A stretch of DNA of 63,663 nucleotides, counting the filler, from Octopus bimaculoides (Eukaryota), in assembly GCF_001194135.2 (NCBI RefSeq). It is 10 parts of 10 records of this genome, joined end to end, with 100 filler letters (N's around TTAATTAATTAA, not from the genome) between each part and the next. Parts side by side here need not be neighbours in the genome. Positions count along the whole stretch, not along the records: positions 20,484 to 28,850 come from NC_068985.1; positions 28,951 to 30,667 come from NW_026410095.1; positions 30,768 to 54,238 come from NC_068981.1; 7 more parts are not named here. One strand, given 5' to 3'. A program made the position numbers and the translations under genes. A model generated the notes under the pieces. That model saw only the letters and a program-made list of their open reading frames with translations, was not told where the DNA came from and did no database searches. Positions 27,754-40,920 of this stretch are shown in pieces; the first letter of the stretch is position 1, and every line of letters starts with the position of its first letter.

Positions 27754-28144
27754 TGGAGGGACGAAATAATAAGTGGGATTTTGTGGGATTTGAAACGAAA
27801 AACAATGACTCTGGGCCCTTGTCATTCTAATCAATTAAACAAGGATCTACCACAAAGTCATTCAACCTGCTAGACACACCAACATAATTTCCTCAAATCA
27901 CATTCTACTATCTTAAATAAGAAAGACACTTTGGGCAACGTAGTCCTAAATATTTAAAATAAAAGTTAATGGTCACGCTTGGAACGTCTGTGATCACAAC
28001 TTGGCTACAGGAGCAAGCATTGGGAAGAGTCTCGCTTCGCAATCACGGCACCTTTGGCAAATGTCTTCTATCATAATCTACGTACGGGCTGATTAATGTG
28101 AGTGAATGCGATCAACGGAAACTGTGCAGAAGCCTGCGTTATAC

Positions 28145-28193
<49 letters not shown>

Positions 28194-28249
28194 GATGATG
28201 GATAGATGGATGGATGGATGGATAGACAGTTAGACAGACAGACTGACAA

Positions 28250-28335
<86 letters not shown>
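28145..28335. repeat. (AGAT)n microsatellite
   Basis: Directly visible. Confidence 0.95.
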
Positions 28336-28369
28336 TTGTAGGTTGCGCGTATATACACGTGCATATCTT

Positions 28370-28850
28370 TATGCTTGTCCCACCCTCCCTCTACTGGACA
28401 ACTGGTGTTGGTTTATTGACATCCTGGTAACTTAGTGGTTCTGCAAAAGAGGCCGATAGAATAAGTACCGGACTTTAAAACAGAATAAGTCCTGGAGATC
28501 GATTAGATACATTAAACTCTTCGAAACAGTGCCCCAGCATGGTTGCAGTCCAATGACTGAAACAAGCAACAGAAAGTAAAATTAAACAAAGGCCGCACCG
28601 CGGTTAAACAGCAACAACTCGCTGTTCTAATCTAATTGAATAGCACTCTCTTTTACTCTTTTACTCTTTTACTTGTTTCAGTCATTTGACTGTGGCCATG
28701 CTGGAGCAACGCCTTTTAGTCGAACAATCGGTCTCTTTTGCCGAACTGCTAAGTTACAGGGACGTAAACACACCACCATCGGTTGTCAAGCGATGTTGGG
28801 GGACAAACACAGACACACAAACACACACACACACACACACACACATATAT
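28370..28850. mobile_element. Two family B SINE 3' halves, tail to tail (+ at 28370-28570, - at 28650-28850)
   Basis: Both carry the CCCCAGCATGG..GCAGTC.AATGACTGAAACAAG tail in opposite orientations. Confidence 0.75.
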
Positions 28851-29360
28851 NNNNNNNNNNNNNNNNNNNNNNNNNNNNNNNNNNNNNNNNNNNNTTAATT
28901 AATTAANNNNNNNNNNNNNNNNNNNNNNNNNNNNNNNNNNNNNNNNNNNNATGTATATATTATACATGTAAATTATATGTGTGCGTGTGTATGTGTGTAT
29001 GTATATATATATGTGTGTGTGTATGTGTGTGTGTATATGTCTGTATATATAAATGTGTGTGTGTGTATGTCTGAATATATATATATGTGTATGTGTGCAT
29101 GTACATTTTGCATAATTCTGGTAAAAACCTTGTAGCATGCATTTGACAAGTATTCTGTCATTGTTTGATGAAAGTATTCAGAAAAATCCACAGGAATTTA
29201 TTGTGTTCCACCTAATGAAGCAACCGCACACAGCTGTTGCTGAAATATATTCAAATATATGCTAATTGTGAAGAATAATCTAAGATAATGGTCTTTAGCC
29301 GAATGTTGTGACCTGTTGTTTAAGCCTGGTACCATCCATTCTCATGTTATATTATTTTAT

Positions 29361-29428
<68 letters not shown>

Positions 29429-29441
29429 TATACACACACAC

Positions 29442-29650
29442 GTGGGAGGAGTGCTGAGAAGCTTCCTGGCTTTAAGGGCATTGCAGGATGCCTGATTGGA
29501 GCCCCGACCTTCTGAAGTTCTTTTACAGGGCTTAGAGAAAAATGAAGGATGCTTGCAATAAGTGTGCGAATCTAAGAAGGAAATATATTGAATAAAATCA
29601 TAATTAACAGATCTGGCTGTATTTTCTCTTACCCTAAGCCAAATCAGCAA
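29442..29650 (+). mobile_element. Mariner-derived deletion element
   Basis: TIR-like GGGAGGAGTGCTGAGAAGCTTCCTGGCTTT followed by the transposase C-terminal tail (CNKCANLRRKYIE*). Confidence 0.65.
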
Positions 29651-30082
29651 CAATGTAAATGATTTAAATCCATGGGAAAATATGAAATTGTCTGCAGGCT
29701 TGACATAATAATTCAACATGCATTAATTAATATGATCCTAATCAGAGAGAGTGATTAAAATCATGAAAGTCATATGGTAAAGTACACGAAATTACTGTGT
29801 TTAATTGTATTTTTTGAAACATTTCTTTCAAATTATCCAATTCCAGGAAATGCAGAAAATATTTTGATTGCCTGGATATTGCATTGTTTTTTTGTTTTTT
29901 TTTACATATATAACATCATACGTTAATGCATACACACATACATAAATACTTACATATGTACATACACAAAAACATATGTAGATACATACATATGTATATA
30001 CATACATACATACAAATGTACTTGCACACAGATAGAAGGACTAACATATAGGTAGTTAGGTAGATATAAATATATATATATT

Positions 30083-30115
<33 letters not shown>

Positions 30116-30768
30116 ACCGGACAGATAAATTGGTGTGTATGTAAGCAGGTAAACAGACAGACAAATATACAGACAGACATGAAATAACTTCGAATACAAA
30201 ATTTTTTTATCTGTTCTATAAGACAAAATATACAAGTATACGAAGTTTGAAAGTGTTTCAGTACCAAAAACACTACATAAAACATAAATGAAAAACGGTG
30301 CCCGTCAATTCAGAAAGATCCTTACTTCCACGTCATTAATTAGCCTATAAAAAGTGTATCATTACACTGAATACGAAATCAATTCGAACAGAAAATTGAC
30401 GCTGGCAACCAAATTTTTGAAGGCTTTGCCCCAGCATGACCGCTGTCTAATCACTGACACAAGTAAATGATAAAAAAGATACTATCTTCGGGTGGCGAGG
30501 GTGGATGGCGAGGTGGTGTAGGTTAGGTTCATCCGGTGGGTGGAACACTGTGTTTGCAAAGGAGATAATGATATCTAAATGAGTTTATTGGTAGCAAAAT
30601 GGGAGGTGGAAAAGAAGATGGAAAAAAGGATGAGAGCAAACGTTTAAGAAGGAAAGTTTGATGAAGGNNNNNNNNNNNNNNNNNNNNNNNNNNNNNNNNN
30701 NNNNNNNNNNNTTAATTAATTAANNNNNNNNNNNNNNNNNNNNNNNNNNNNNNNNNNNNNNNNNNNNA

Positions 30769-31640
30769 TTCCTTCTTAGCCAGGACTGGGTAGCCAGAGA
30801 TAATATGATTTATTGTTTCTTGTCCATCGCCACATATTCTACAGTTACTTGTTATGTTTCTTATGTTTTTGGTAATTTCTGGTGGGGAGGCTTTGGTCTT
30901 GTGCAGCAATTAAAAATCCTTTAGTCTCTGCTTTGAGTCCTGAGCTTCTCAACCATTGCTGGGATTTTTCTCTGTCTATTTCTTTTGCATTTAGTTTAGC
31001 CCAGTATTTACCATGTAGGGGCTTTTCTTGCCATCGCTTATCATGATCCGTTACTGTTTTAGTTTTAGCTTGGATTCCATTTGTTTTATAGCTTTTGTTG
31101 TTTCTTCTTCTTCTTCTTCTTCTTCTTCTTCTTCTTCTTCTTCTTCTTCTTCTTCTTCTTCTTCTTCTTCTTCTTCTTCTTCTTCTTCTTCTTCTTCTTC
31201 TTCTTCTTCGTATTTGTTAGGTAGTATGATTTCTTGTTTGTATTTGTCAATTTCCTTAAAGACGGAAAACAAGTTTTTTGTTTTGCTCGTGTTTTGTGGC
31301 TATTCGTATTAGTTTTCCTTGCATCTAAAGTAGGTATTTTTGCAGTCCTATGATGGTTATTTTATAATAGTTTTCCAGCTGTATAAGGCCTCTACCGCCT
31401 TCTGTACGTTGTATATATAGCCTCCCTATGTTAGATTTCGGGTGGTCCATCCTAGATCCTGTCATTATTTTTCTTGTTTTCCTGTCTATTTTAGATTGTT
31501 CGTTTAGTGTCCAGTTCACGATATTGTAGCTGTAAATTATAACTGGGACGCCTAAAGTGTTGATACCCATTATCTTGTTTTTAGCATTGAGCTCTGTTTT
31601 TAGTATTGATCTAACTCGTCTATAGTATTCTTTCTTTATT
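30769..31640 (-). mobile_element. R4/Dong-clade (RLE) non-LTR retrotransposon, copy 1: late RT to CCHC region
   Basis: KKEYYRRVRSILKTELNAKNKI...HPKSNIGRLYIQRTEGGRGLIQLE; WQEKPLHGKY; LIAAQDQSL; CRICGDGQETINHIISG. Confidence 0.85.
31102..31209. repeat. (TTC)36, in frame as poly-Glu in the LINE ORF
   Basis: 108 bp perfect; minus-strand translation LPNKY-E36-TTKAIK. Confidence 0.95.
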
Positions 31641-31936
31641 TTCTCTTTCATTTGTGTGTGNNNNNNNNNNNNNNNNNNNNNNNNNNNNNNNNNNNNNNNN
31701 NNNNNNNNNNNNNNNNNNNNNNNNNNNNNNNNNNNNNNNNNNNNNNNNNNNNNNNNNNNNNNNNNNNNNNNNNNNNNNNNNNNNNNNNNNNNNNNNNNNN
31801 NNNNNNNNNNNNNNNNNNNNNNNNNNNNNNNNNNNNNNNNNNNNNNNNNNNNNNNNNNNNNNNNNNCATATAATCTGTGGTATAATCTGTGGTCCATTCT
31901 GAGATCTGTGGTTTTCAATTCTTTGATTATTCTCAC

Positions 31937-31937
<1 letters not shown>

Positions 31938-32015
<78 letters not shown>
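31938..32015. repeat. (ATT)n tract at the 3' end of R4/Dong copy 2
   Basis: Directly visible. Confidence 0.95.
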
Positions 32016-32016
32016 G

Positions 32017-33445
32017 CTGTTATTATTCATATGCACACAACAGATTAGATTCTTGGAAAAGAAAAATTCCTAAAATCATGCTACAGCTAGTAGCCCTAGA
32101 TGCCAAGAACCCTTCTATGTATCCTAGCTGTCCTTAATAAAACTGTTTTCTGGAGCTGTACTAAACTGGGTTTTATGCCTATTTTTGCTATCCATTAGTT
32201 CGAATCTTTAGGGATAGTTCCTAATGCACCTATAACTACTGAAATACATTTTACTCGCACTTTCTGTATTTCTATGGCTTGGTCCTGGTACTTTGAAATT
32301 TTTTCTATACCTCTCATATCAATATTTTCATCATATAAAGCCAGTTAACTGGCATTTTTTATTCTCTTTGTCTTCTACTACTAAATCAGGCCTTCTAGCT
32401 TCTATTACTCAGTCAGTCAGAATGTCTAACAACATTTATATTTCTTACTTTCTAGTTGTTTACTAGGTTCATGTTCGTACTATTTGTCAGAATGGTCAAA
32501 TCCTAGCTTTCTAAATTTCTCTCAGTGAATTACTCACCCGTGTTTTTTCTTGTATTGTTTCTGTGCCAGCATCCTACATTCACTTACTACATGAATAACA
32601 CTTTCCTCTTTTGCTTTGCATAATCTACATTAGGAATCTACTAGGTTTTTCACTATCCTGGTTTTTATTCAGTTACAATTAGTCCTTAATGTTTGATCTT
32701 ATACTGCTACTAACTTTCTGTCTCTCTTTTCAGCCTTCTGCAGTCATAACCATGTCTCACTACTACTAATTGCTGCAACTATCTTTGGAAACCCATTATG
32801 CAAAACCTTCTTCTGCCAGTCAGATAACTTTTGTTCTTTTTTCTGGTTTTTAACACCCCTTGTTTCTTTTTATCTTCCCTATGTCTTGCTGTGATTGAGT
32901 GGCTTATCCCAAATATCACTCCATAACTTTATAGATTCTTCTGCATTAGGTTTCCCATCTTCAGTACTTTCTTCTCCATTATTTATTTAGTTATAAAATC
33001 TTCTCTGGTCTATCTCAAATAATGTATTCTTTTCTGATATCTGATACCTGCTACTGCTATGACTTTTTTAATAACTTTTTCAAATCCTTTCTCTTTTATT
33101 AAGTATTTTTCTCAAGAGAAGATTTAACTCTTGTGTTTCCTAACTTGTTCAGTTTCTAGGCTTCTATTCTACTAAAATTTTGTTTTAACGTCTTCACTTT
33201 ATTTCTTAATCTCCTTTTCCACATTTGATCTTTTCTAATCTTTTCTTGTGGAGTATCTAATCTTCTAATAACTACTACCCTTCCTGCATAGATCAATAAG
33301 TTAGTGTCTCCTATATTTTCCTAATCATATCTAGCAGATTCCTTCTGTTGGCATCGTTTAATGCTGGCAATCTTTTACTTCCTTACCCATTGCTCCTGCA
33401 GCTCATCTAATATCTTCCGATCTTCCGCACTTAAATAAAATCGCT
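32017..33445 (-). mobile_element. R4/Dong-clade element, copy 2: RT-deleted, multiple stops
   Basis: WKRRL; LFEIDQRRFY...KLWSDIWDK joined almost directly to DWQKKVLH...DQTLRTN; CRLCKAKEESVIHVVSEC; RLE motif RRPDLVVED; ends VIGALGTIPK...RRVLGI* (stop at 32096-32098). Confidence 0.8.
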
Positions 33446-33526
33446 GGTGCCAATTGTCCCCTCATTATTGTTGGCGCTATTAATATTTTGGCCTTTATTC
33501 TTCTTCTTCTTCTTCTTCTTCTTCTT

Positions 33527-33557
<31 letters not shown>

Positions 33558-34120
33558 TTATTATTATTATTATCATTATTATTATTATTATNNNNNNNNN
33601 NNNNNNNNNNNNNNNNNNNNNNNNNNNNNNNNNNNNNNNNNNNNNNNNNNNNNNNNNNNNNNNNNNNNNNNNNNNNNNNNNNNNNNNNNNNNNNNNNNNN
33701 NNNNNNNNNNNNNNNNNNNNNNNNNNNNNNNNNNNNNNNNNNNNNNNNNNNNNNNNNNNNNNNNNNNNNNNNNNNNNNNNNNNNNNNNNNNNNNNNNNNN
33801 NNNNNNNNNNNNNNNNNNNNNNNNNNNNNNNNNNNNNNNNNNNNNNNNNNNNNNNNNNNNNNNNNNNNNNNNNNNNNNNNNNNNNNNNNNNNNNNNNNNN
33901 NNNNNNNNNNNNNNNNNNNNNNNNNNNNNNNNNNNNNNNNNNNNNNNNNNNNNNNNNNNNNNNNNNNNNNNNNNNNNNNNNNNNNNNNNNNNNNNNNNNN
34001 NNNNNNNNNNNNNNNNNNNNNNNNNNNNNNNNNNNNNNNNNNNNNNNNNNNNNNNNNNNNNNNNNNNNNNNNNNNNNNNNNNNNNNNNNNNNNNNNNNNN
34101 NNNNNNNNNNNNNNNNNNNN

Positions 34121-34210
34121 CGTCTATCTTTCTGTCAGTTTGAATGGTGAAGTTCTAGAGGAGTGCGATGTGATCATTTTCGAGTACTGGGGTGGTTTGT
34201 GTTCCCACCA
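34121..34210 (-). mobile_element. R4/Dong fragment 3 (RLE N-terminal part)
   Basis: TTPVLENDHIALL*NFTIQTDRKID, abutting (TTA)n at 34204-34290. Confidence 0.6.
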
Positions 34211-34211
34211 G

Positions 34212-34290
<79 letters not shown>

Positions 34291-35719
34291 GTGATTTTTA
34301 AATCCAGCCTTTCAACACTTGAAGGTCAATAAAAATAATTACCAGTCATATATTGAGTCCAGTATAATGTTGCAACAAACATGATAATGTTACTATAAGT
34401 GTGATAACAGGCTTCTGGTATTATGGTTGAGCGAGATTTATATAAGTAGATTTTAAAAATATATGCTGATTACATTTGTGTGTTTGTGTTTATAATCTAG
34501 CACAAATATTTACGTAAGGCAATGGTTTATTTACCATGCTCAGTGAAGAGTGATATTGTGAGATTTACTAAGCTAGGTTAATTGAAATGCTATTAGTAGA
34601 TGATTCAACTGATACGAATACAATGCAGAGTATTTTAGTCAGAGAGCCAAAAGAGGCAGTATTCAGTAAGTTTTGGTGCAATACGAAGTTTAAGTGGCTA
34701 AATGTAAGTTTTATATTCTTTGATTTAAGTGTGATGCTATTAATGTCCTCCATATCAAATACTGTTTGAGGCAGCTAGGTTCTAAATACTTATCTCAAGA
34801 TGCAACTGAAATATATTGCAATGCTGAAAAGATTCTTCAGGTGCATTCTTATGACATTAAGCTGTACTCAGCAATGACACTTATTGGATGGTTCAATGAA
34901 CCATATGTGAGTTAAATTCTTTGAAATATACACATTTTATTTGCGAATAAATCATCCAAATTTAAATGGATTATAAAGGCTTTAACTTTGACATTTTTCC
35001 AATAGAGGATGGATAGAAAATGCTCTTCAACTGGATCTTGTCTCGCTCAGTTCGATAGACAATTATAGGAAGATTGGATTCCAATATAACGACATTTTTT
35101 CTGTGGAATTATACTTTAACAAAATTTAGTGTCATTTGCAATAAATGTGTAACTTGTAAGGTGAAATTTGATGTTAAATATTTGATTATTTCATTTAAAA
35201 GAAAATATTTTATATTAGTTGTTGGAATTCAGTCATTTAATATTGACTTGATGGAATGGACATTAGCATTAGAGTTTGGCCCATTTGCAAGTTGTCACTC
35301 AATACTGTACATGATATTTGACCAAATATAAATACCTTTCCTTGAAATATTCCATATAGATAAATTTAAGCAGAGAATATAACCACATGGTCCAGAGTGA
35401 AAGCTCCTTTTCTGCTTTTGTTTAATATTAACTCTGGGACATCTCTGTTTTCAGTGGTCTACAAGAACGTAGATAAATTCAACTTGGTAACAGCAGGATT
35501 CAAGAGGAAGAGAAGATGGAATGGATTTGCTCCACTCAGTCACTCTCCCAACTGAAGAAGTTATGTATCCAATTTATATAATTGATGTTAGACCATTGTC
35601 ACCGTCTTAATTATTTCTATTCAGTGCCCATTTTAAATTTGAAATCATGATATAAGATTTCCAAAGTAAACAGTGCATAATAATTGCAATAAACTATGTA
35701 GTATTGCAATATGATAAAC

Positions 35720-35875
35720 AGGCGTGGCTGGGTGGTAAGAAGCTTACTTTTCACCCACATGTTACCGGGTTCAGTTCCACTACGTGGCACCTTGGTTAAG
35801 TGTCTTCTACTATAGCTTCGGGCTGACCAAAGCCTTGTGAGCGGATTTGGTAGACAGAAACTGAACGAAGCCGGT

Positions 35876-35878
<3 letters not shown>
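35720..35878 (+). mobile_element. Family B SINE 5' half
   Basis: GGCGTGGCTGGGTGGTAAG...GCCTTGTGAGCGGATTTGGTAGACAGAAACTG. Confidence 0.8.
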
Positions 35879-35908
<30 letters not shown>

Positions 35909-36691
35909 NNNNNNNNNNNNNNNNNNNNNNNNNNNNNNNNNNNNNNNNNNNNNNNNNNNNNNNNNNNNNNNNNNNNNNNNNNNNNNNNNNNNNNNNNNNN
36001 NNNNNNNNNNNNNNNNNNNNNNNNNNNNNNNNNNNNNNNNNNNNNNNNNNNNNNNNNNNNNNNNNNNNNNNNNNNNNNNNNNNNNNNNNNNNNNNNNNNN
36101 NNNNNNNNNNNNNNNNNNNNNNNNNNNNNNNNNNNNNNNNNNNNNNNNNNNNNNNNNNNNNNNNNNNNNNNNNNNNNNNNNNNNNNNNNNNNNNNNNNNN
36201 NNNNNNNNNNNNNNNNNNNNNNNNNNNNNNNNNNNNNNNNNNNNNNNNNNNNNNNNNNNNNNNNNNNNNNNNNNNNNNNNNNNNNNNNNNNNNNNNNNNN
36301 NNNNNNNNNNNNNNNNNNNNNNNNNNNNNNNNNNNNNNNNNNNNNNNNNNNNNNNNNNNNNNNNNNNNNNNNNNNNNNNNNNNNNNNNNNNNNNNNNNNN
36401 NNNNNNNNNNNNNNNNNNNNNNNNNNNNNNNNNNNNNNNNNNNNNNNNNNNNNNNNNNNNNNNNNNNNNNNNNNNNNNNNNNNNNNNNNNNNNNNNNNNN
36501 NNNNNNNNNNNNNNNNNNNNNNNNNNNNNNNNNNNNNNNNNNNNNNNNNNNNNNNNNNNNNNNNNNNNNNNNNNNNNNNNNNNNNNNNNNNNNNNNNNNN
36601 NNNNNNNNNNNNNNNNNNNNNNNNNNNNNNNNNNNNNNNNNNATACACCTATGCATATATACATACATATATGTATATATATATATATGCA

Positions 36692-36748
<57 letters not shown>

Positions 36749-36749
36749 G

Positions 36750-36782
<33 letters not shown>

Positions 36783-37399
36783 ACGCATGCACACACACAC
36801 AATCATATATATATTTATGTATATATACGTACATATACAACCATTTTGCCGTTTTAGTTGTCTCACTGAAGTTGTGTTTACATATTAAATAGTCTTTTCA
36901 TGTTTACAAAAATTTTGCCTGCACTAGAAACATTAATGATGATGATCTATTAGCCACGAATGGAGTACGCTGAATATTTTATAATTCTGAAGTAGGGCTT
37001 CACTTCAGCAGTGTCTCCTTCGTTGCGGATGGTACAGTATATATTTTTGTTAGAGGAGAAAACAACTGGGTGTTTTATTCAGCTATTGCTAAGAACATTT
37101 TATGAAATCTACATACATAACCACTTATTTTCAAATATATATATTCGTAGGTAGTGGAAGAAAAAAAAAAGACACTTTCATTCAAATATTCAGCTCCAAA
37201 AATAAGATAACATATAAAAAAGGGGAAAGAAAACAGAAGAGACATGCTTATTGTCGTTGTCAGCGGTAACTGAATTTCGTGAATTTCTTTCTCCGTATGT
37301 TGTTCCTCGTTTATATCAGTGTCTGATGGCTGGCAAGACTGGTTTTTACTTGACCAGTCATATCTAACGATCGATGGGGCCTTGACTGGTGCTGGCAAA

Positions 37400-37700
37400 T
37401 CTTTCATCATAACCGTTTAGCCACTTCATTTCTTCAACGACGTTCTTCAAAGATCCTGATGATTCTCACATTGCTGTGTCTTCTGCCTGCGGATCTCTGG
37501 ATTTAGGGTCGATATTGGTGTTCCTCATAGAATGCATGGGGAAGCCGCATCGTATCTTGGCGGTGCGAATTTCACAGTAGAAGAGTATGCGTGGTAATCC
37601 GGTCCTATTTGCGAAGTTGGACCTCTCCATAGCTAATTTTTACCCTTGATGCTGAATATATTCTGTTGAAACTGGGATGCAGCTTGTACATAATTTGGTA
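37400..37700 (-). mobile_element. Probable RTE-clade LINE C-terminal remnant
   Basis: GLPRILFYCEIRTAKIRCGFP...NIDPK...AED resembles the RTE C-terminal RLPKxLFYGELxxGKRxxGRP motif. Confidence 0.45.
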
Positions 37701-37775
37701 TCAAATACGTATTCTATTACACATTTTCATTCTTATCTATATACACAAATTTGTTTGTGTATGAGATTATATGAG

Positions 37776-37818
<43 letters not shown>

Positions 37819-37942
37819 GCACAAGCGTGTGTGTCTAATAAGAAGTTTGCCTCCCTACCACATGGTCCCGCATTCAATCCTACTGCACGTAACCTTCGAC
37901 AAGTGATTTCTACTAGAGCCGACAAAAGCTTTACGTATAGTC

Positions 37943-38014
<72 letters not shown>

Positions 38015-38442
38015 GTATATATACATATATATAAGCGTGTGTCTGTCTGTGTGCCAGCGCGCACGCGCGCATGACGCTCGTGTTGAAATTCCAATGATAT
38101 TAGTTAGAAACCGGCTCTCTTTTGGCAAGAAACATAAATGCCTACATACATACATACATACAAACATACATACATTCATACATACATACATAAATACATA
38201 CACACACATACATACACCCATACATACATACATACTTTACATAGCTATTTCAGATTAAAACCAAGTAGCTTTAAGTTGCGTACTCGCATTTGAATATGTA
38301 ATATTATTGACTGATCAACTAAAACGTTACAGAGTATATATTTTTCGCTTAATTACTTTTCACATTAGTATGAAACCACTTATCACATACGCACAGTCAT
38401 AGATATTCATATATGTAAGTATATATTATGTTAAATGCTTTG

Positions 38443-38550
38443 AGGAGTGGCTGTGTGGTAAGTAGCTTGCTTACCAACCACATGGTTCCGGGTTCAGTCC
38501 CACTGCGTGGCATCTTGNNNNNNNNNNTGAAACAAGTAAAAGAGTTAAAA
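38443..38550 (+). mobile_element. Family B SINE head and tail around a small gap
   Basis: GGAGTGGCTGTGTGGTAAGTAGC...; TGAAACAAGTAAAAGAG. Confidence 0.75.
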
Positions 38551-38604
38551 GAGATACATATATATATATATATATATATAAATGAGACAAGATCGCAAAA
38601 CCTC

Positions 38605-39075
38605 AAGACAGTTAGGTGAAACAAAAAAGGGACCATAAAATATCTAGACAGACAACACAAGGAAAACAAGGAGGGATCATTCGGAGTTTTCTATCTTCAG
38701 TCGAGTCCAAAATTTCGGCTGATTATACTCTTGATTGCTCCAATCTGGCCAGCTCCAAGGAAAAAATAAGCTAAGAGCATTACATTCCTTGGAAGAAAGC
38801 AGCGAATGTATACGAAAACAAGGACGGTAAAAAACAGAGAAATGTTACACAAATACTAATAACAAAACATAACAACAGGTGTCTTTTGACTAAGGACGAA
38901 TTAAATTAAGCTGGCGCGTGTGGAAGTAAAGCCTTACGGCAGGGACATAGACTCCGAAATTGCAAAGATAATCTGGAACTCGACTGAGGATAGAAAACTC
39001 CGAATGATCCGTCCTTGTTTTCCTTGTATCGTCTGTCTAGATATTTTGTTGTCCCTTTTTTGTTCCACCTGTCTT
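38605..39075. mobile_element. Element with ~100-bp terminal inverted repeats
   Basis: 38605-38709 is the reverse complement of 38974-39075 (GATCATTCGGAGTTTTCTATC / GATAGAAAACTCCGAATGATC). Confidence 0.7.
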
Positions 39076-39194
39076 AATGTTTTGCGTATATATATATACG
39101 CTTGCATGTGTGCGTCAATGTACGTATGTGCCGTCAGAGCGCAAGACATGTGTTTGAGGGGGGCTTTGATAGTTTGATACGAAAAGGCGACGTA

Positions 39195-39263
39195 GACGAC
39201 GACAAAGAAGAAGAAGAAGAAGAAGAAGAAGAAGAAGAAGAAGAAGAAGAAGAAGAAGAAGAA

Positions 39264-39307
<44 letters not shown>

Positions 39308-39700
39308 GGAGGAGGAGGAGGAAGGAGAAGAAAAAGGAGGAAGGAGAAGAAAAAGAGCGAAAAGCAGGAGAAGAAAAAAGAGGAAGAGGAAGACGGCGAC
39401 GACAAGGAGGAGAAGACGGGGAAGGAAAAGAGAAGGAAGAAGATAACAAGACGGAGAAGGCAAAAGAAAAGAAGAAGAAGAAGAAGAAGAAGAAGAAGAA
39501 GAAGAAGAAGCAGAAGGAGAAGAAGAAGAAGAAGAAGAAGAAGAAGAAGAAGAAGAAGAAGAANNNNNNNNNNAGAAGAAGTAGAAGAAGAAGAAGAAGA
39601 ACAACAACAACAGCAACAACAAAAACAGCAATAACAAAAAGAAAAAAGAAAAAGAAGAAGAAAGTGAAGGAGAAGCAGGATGAAGACGAGGAGGAGGTGG
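39195..39700. repeat. Compound (GAA)n(GAT)n(GAG)n(ACA)n purine-rich repeat
   Basis: Directly visible; source of the poly-E/K/S ORFs. Confidence 0.95.
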
Positions 39701-40431
39701 TGGAAGAGACACTTTCAATAACTGAAAAGCCTTTCTGAGCAATCTTATCTCATGCACTGGGTTACCCAAAAAGATAAAAAGTGTTTCTTCTCTGAAGAGC
39801 ACGCTATTTTATCTTTTGTTTGTTGTTGTGGTGGTTTGTTTGTTTATTATTTATCCTACCACTTCCTCAATGACTGAATTACTTTTTGTAGAAGTATACA
39901 GAGAGCTTGCTTGAGTTTGGTTACAATTCAGCTGACATGCTCTGTAGCAAGCGTATCAGGCGATTAAGCTTACATCCTGACGTAATATAATTTGACACAC
40001 TTAATGAAATTGGGCTAAGTAAACAAATGAATAACTGAAATAAAATATAGGTATTCACATTTGCAATATATGTGAATGAATATGCACACATAACTGTATG
40101 TGTCTCTACATATATATATATATATATATATACATATATATAAACTCACTGTTCATAAACGTCTGATGTGTTTTTGCGTACCGTTACTAATAAATGAAAA
40201 AAGTGCATGGTAAATAAACAACAACAGATAAAAAAAAACGTTTTAGACACAGTGGGCCTAATTCTTCAACAGTTATCAACCAGAATGATAATGCTCTGTT
40301 TCGCACTGACGGGATTCCCATCTTGGCGGTGCCTGCGAAAGACGCAGAGAATTGGGCCTCAAGCAGACAAAGCGACACAGAATGGACAAACGAAAGTAAA
40401 AAAAATATAACTTAAGACGATGGAGAAAGAC

Positions 40432-40920
40432 GAAACGAGCAAAATTCGGTCTTGCGGCTGAAAGACTGGAATGGTGGGTAACGCTTAGAAAAATCCTGAA
40501 GGATATAGACAACAGTAAATAGCAAGACTAAGTTTACATATATTCTCTGTGACTCTACTTCTTCTTTTATCTGTCACCCTGTTACTTCTATATTTAGCCT
40601 ATCTTACTTTCCGCTTTTTCTCTCTCTCTCGCCCTGTCACTTGTATTTGTAGTCTTTCTCCTTTCTCCCTTCCTTTCTTCCCTTATTTTCTTTCTCTCGT
40701 CTCTCTGTCTTTCTCTCCCCTTTTTATCCTCTGCCTGCTGCTTACACGTGGCCCACGGCCAGTTTTTCTTCATTTCGTCCTTCTTACTGGCTGCCCAGCG
40801 GTTCGGTCACAAAAAGATTTTCTGACTTGCTATTTACTGTTGTCTATATCCTTCAAGACTTTTCTGAGCGTTACTCTCCACTCATGTATTTTAGCCGCAA
40901 TAGTGTATTTTGCTCGCTTC
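40432..40920. mobile_element. Element with ~95-bp inverted repeats around a CT-rich spacer
   Basis: GAAGGATATAGACAACAGTAAATAGCAAG (40498-40526) inverted at 40826-40854. Confidence 0.65.

Noticed and set aside
35456-35555. Possible plus-strand terminal exon after ttttcag (VYKNVDKFNLVTAGFKRKRRW...)
   Set aside because: No upstream partner exon and no recognisable homology.
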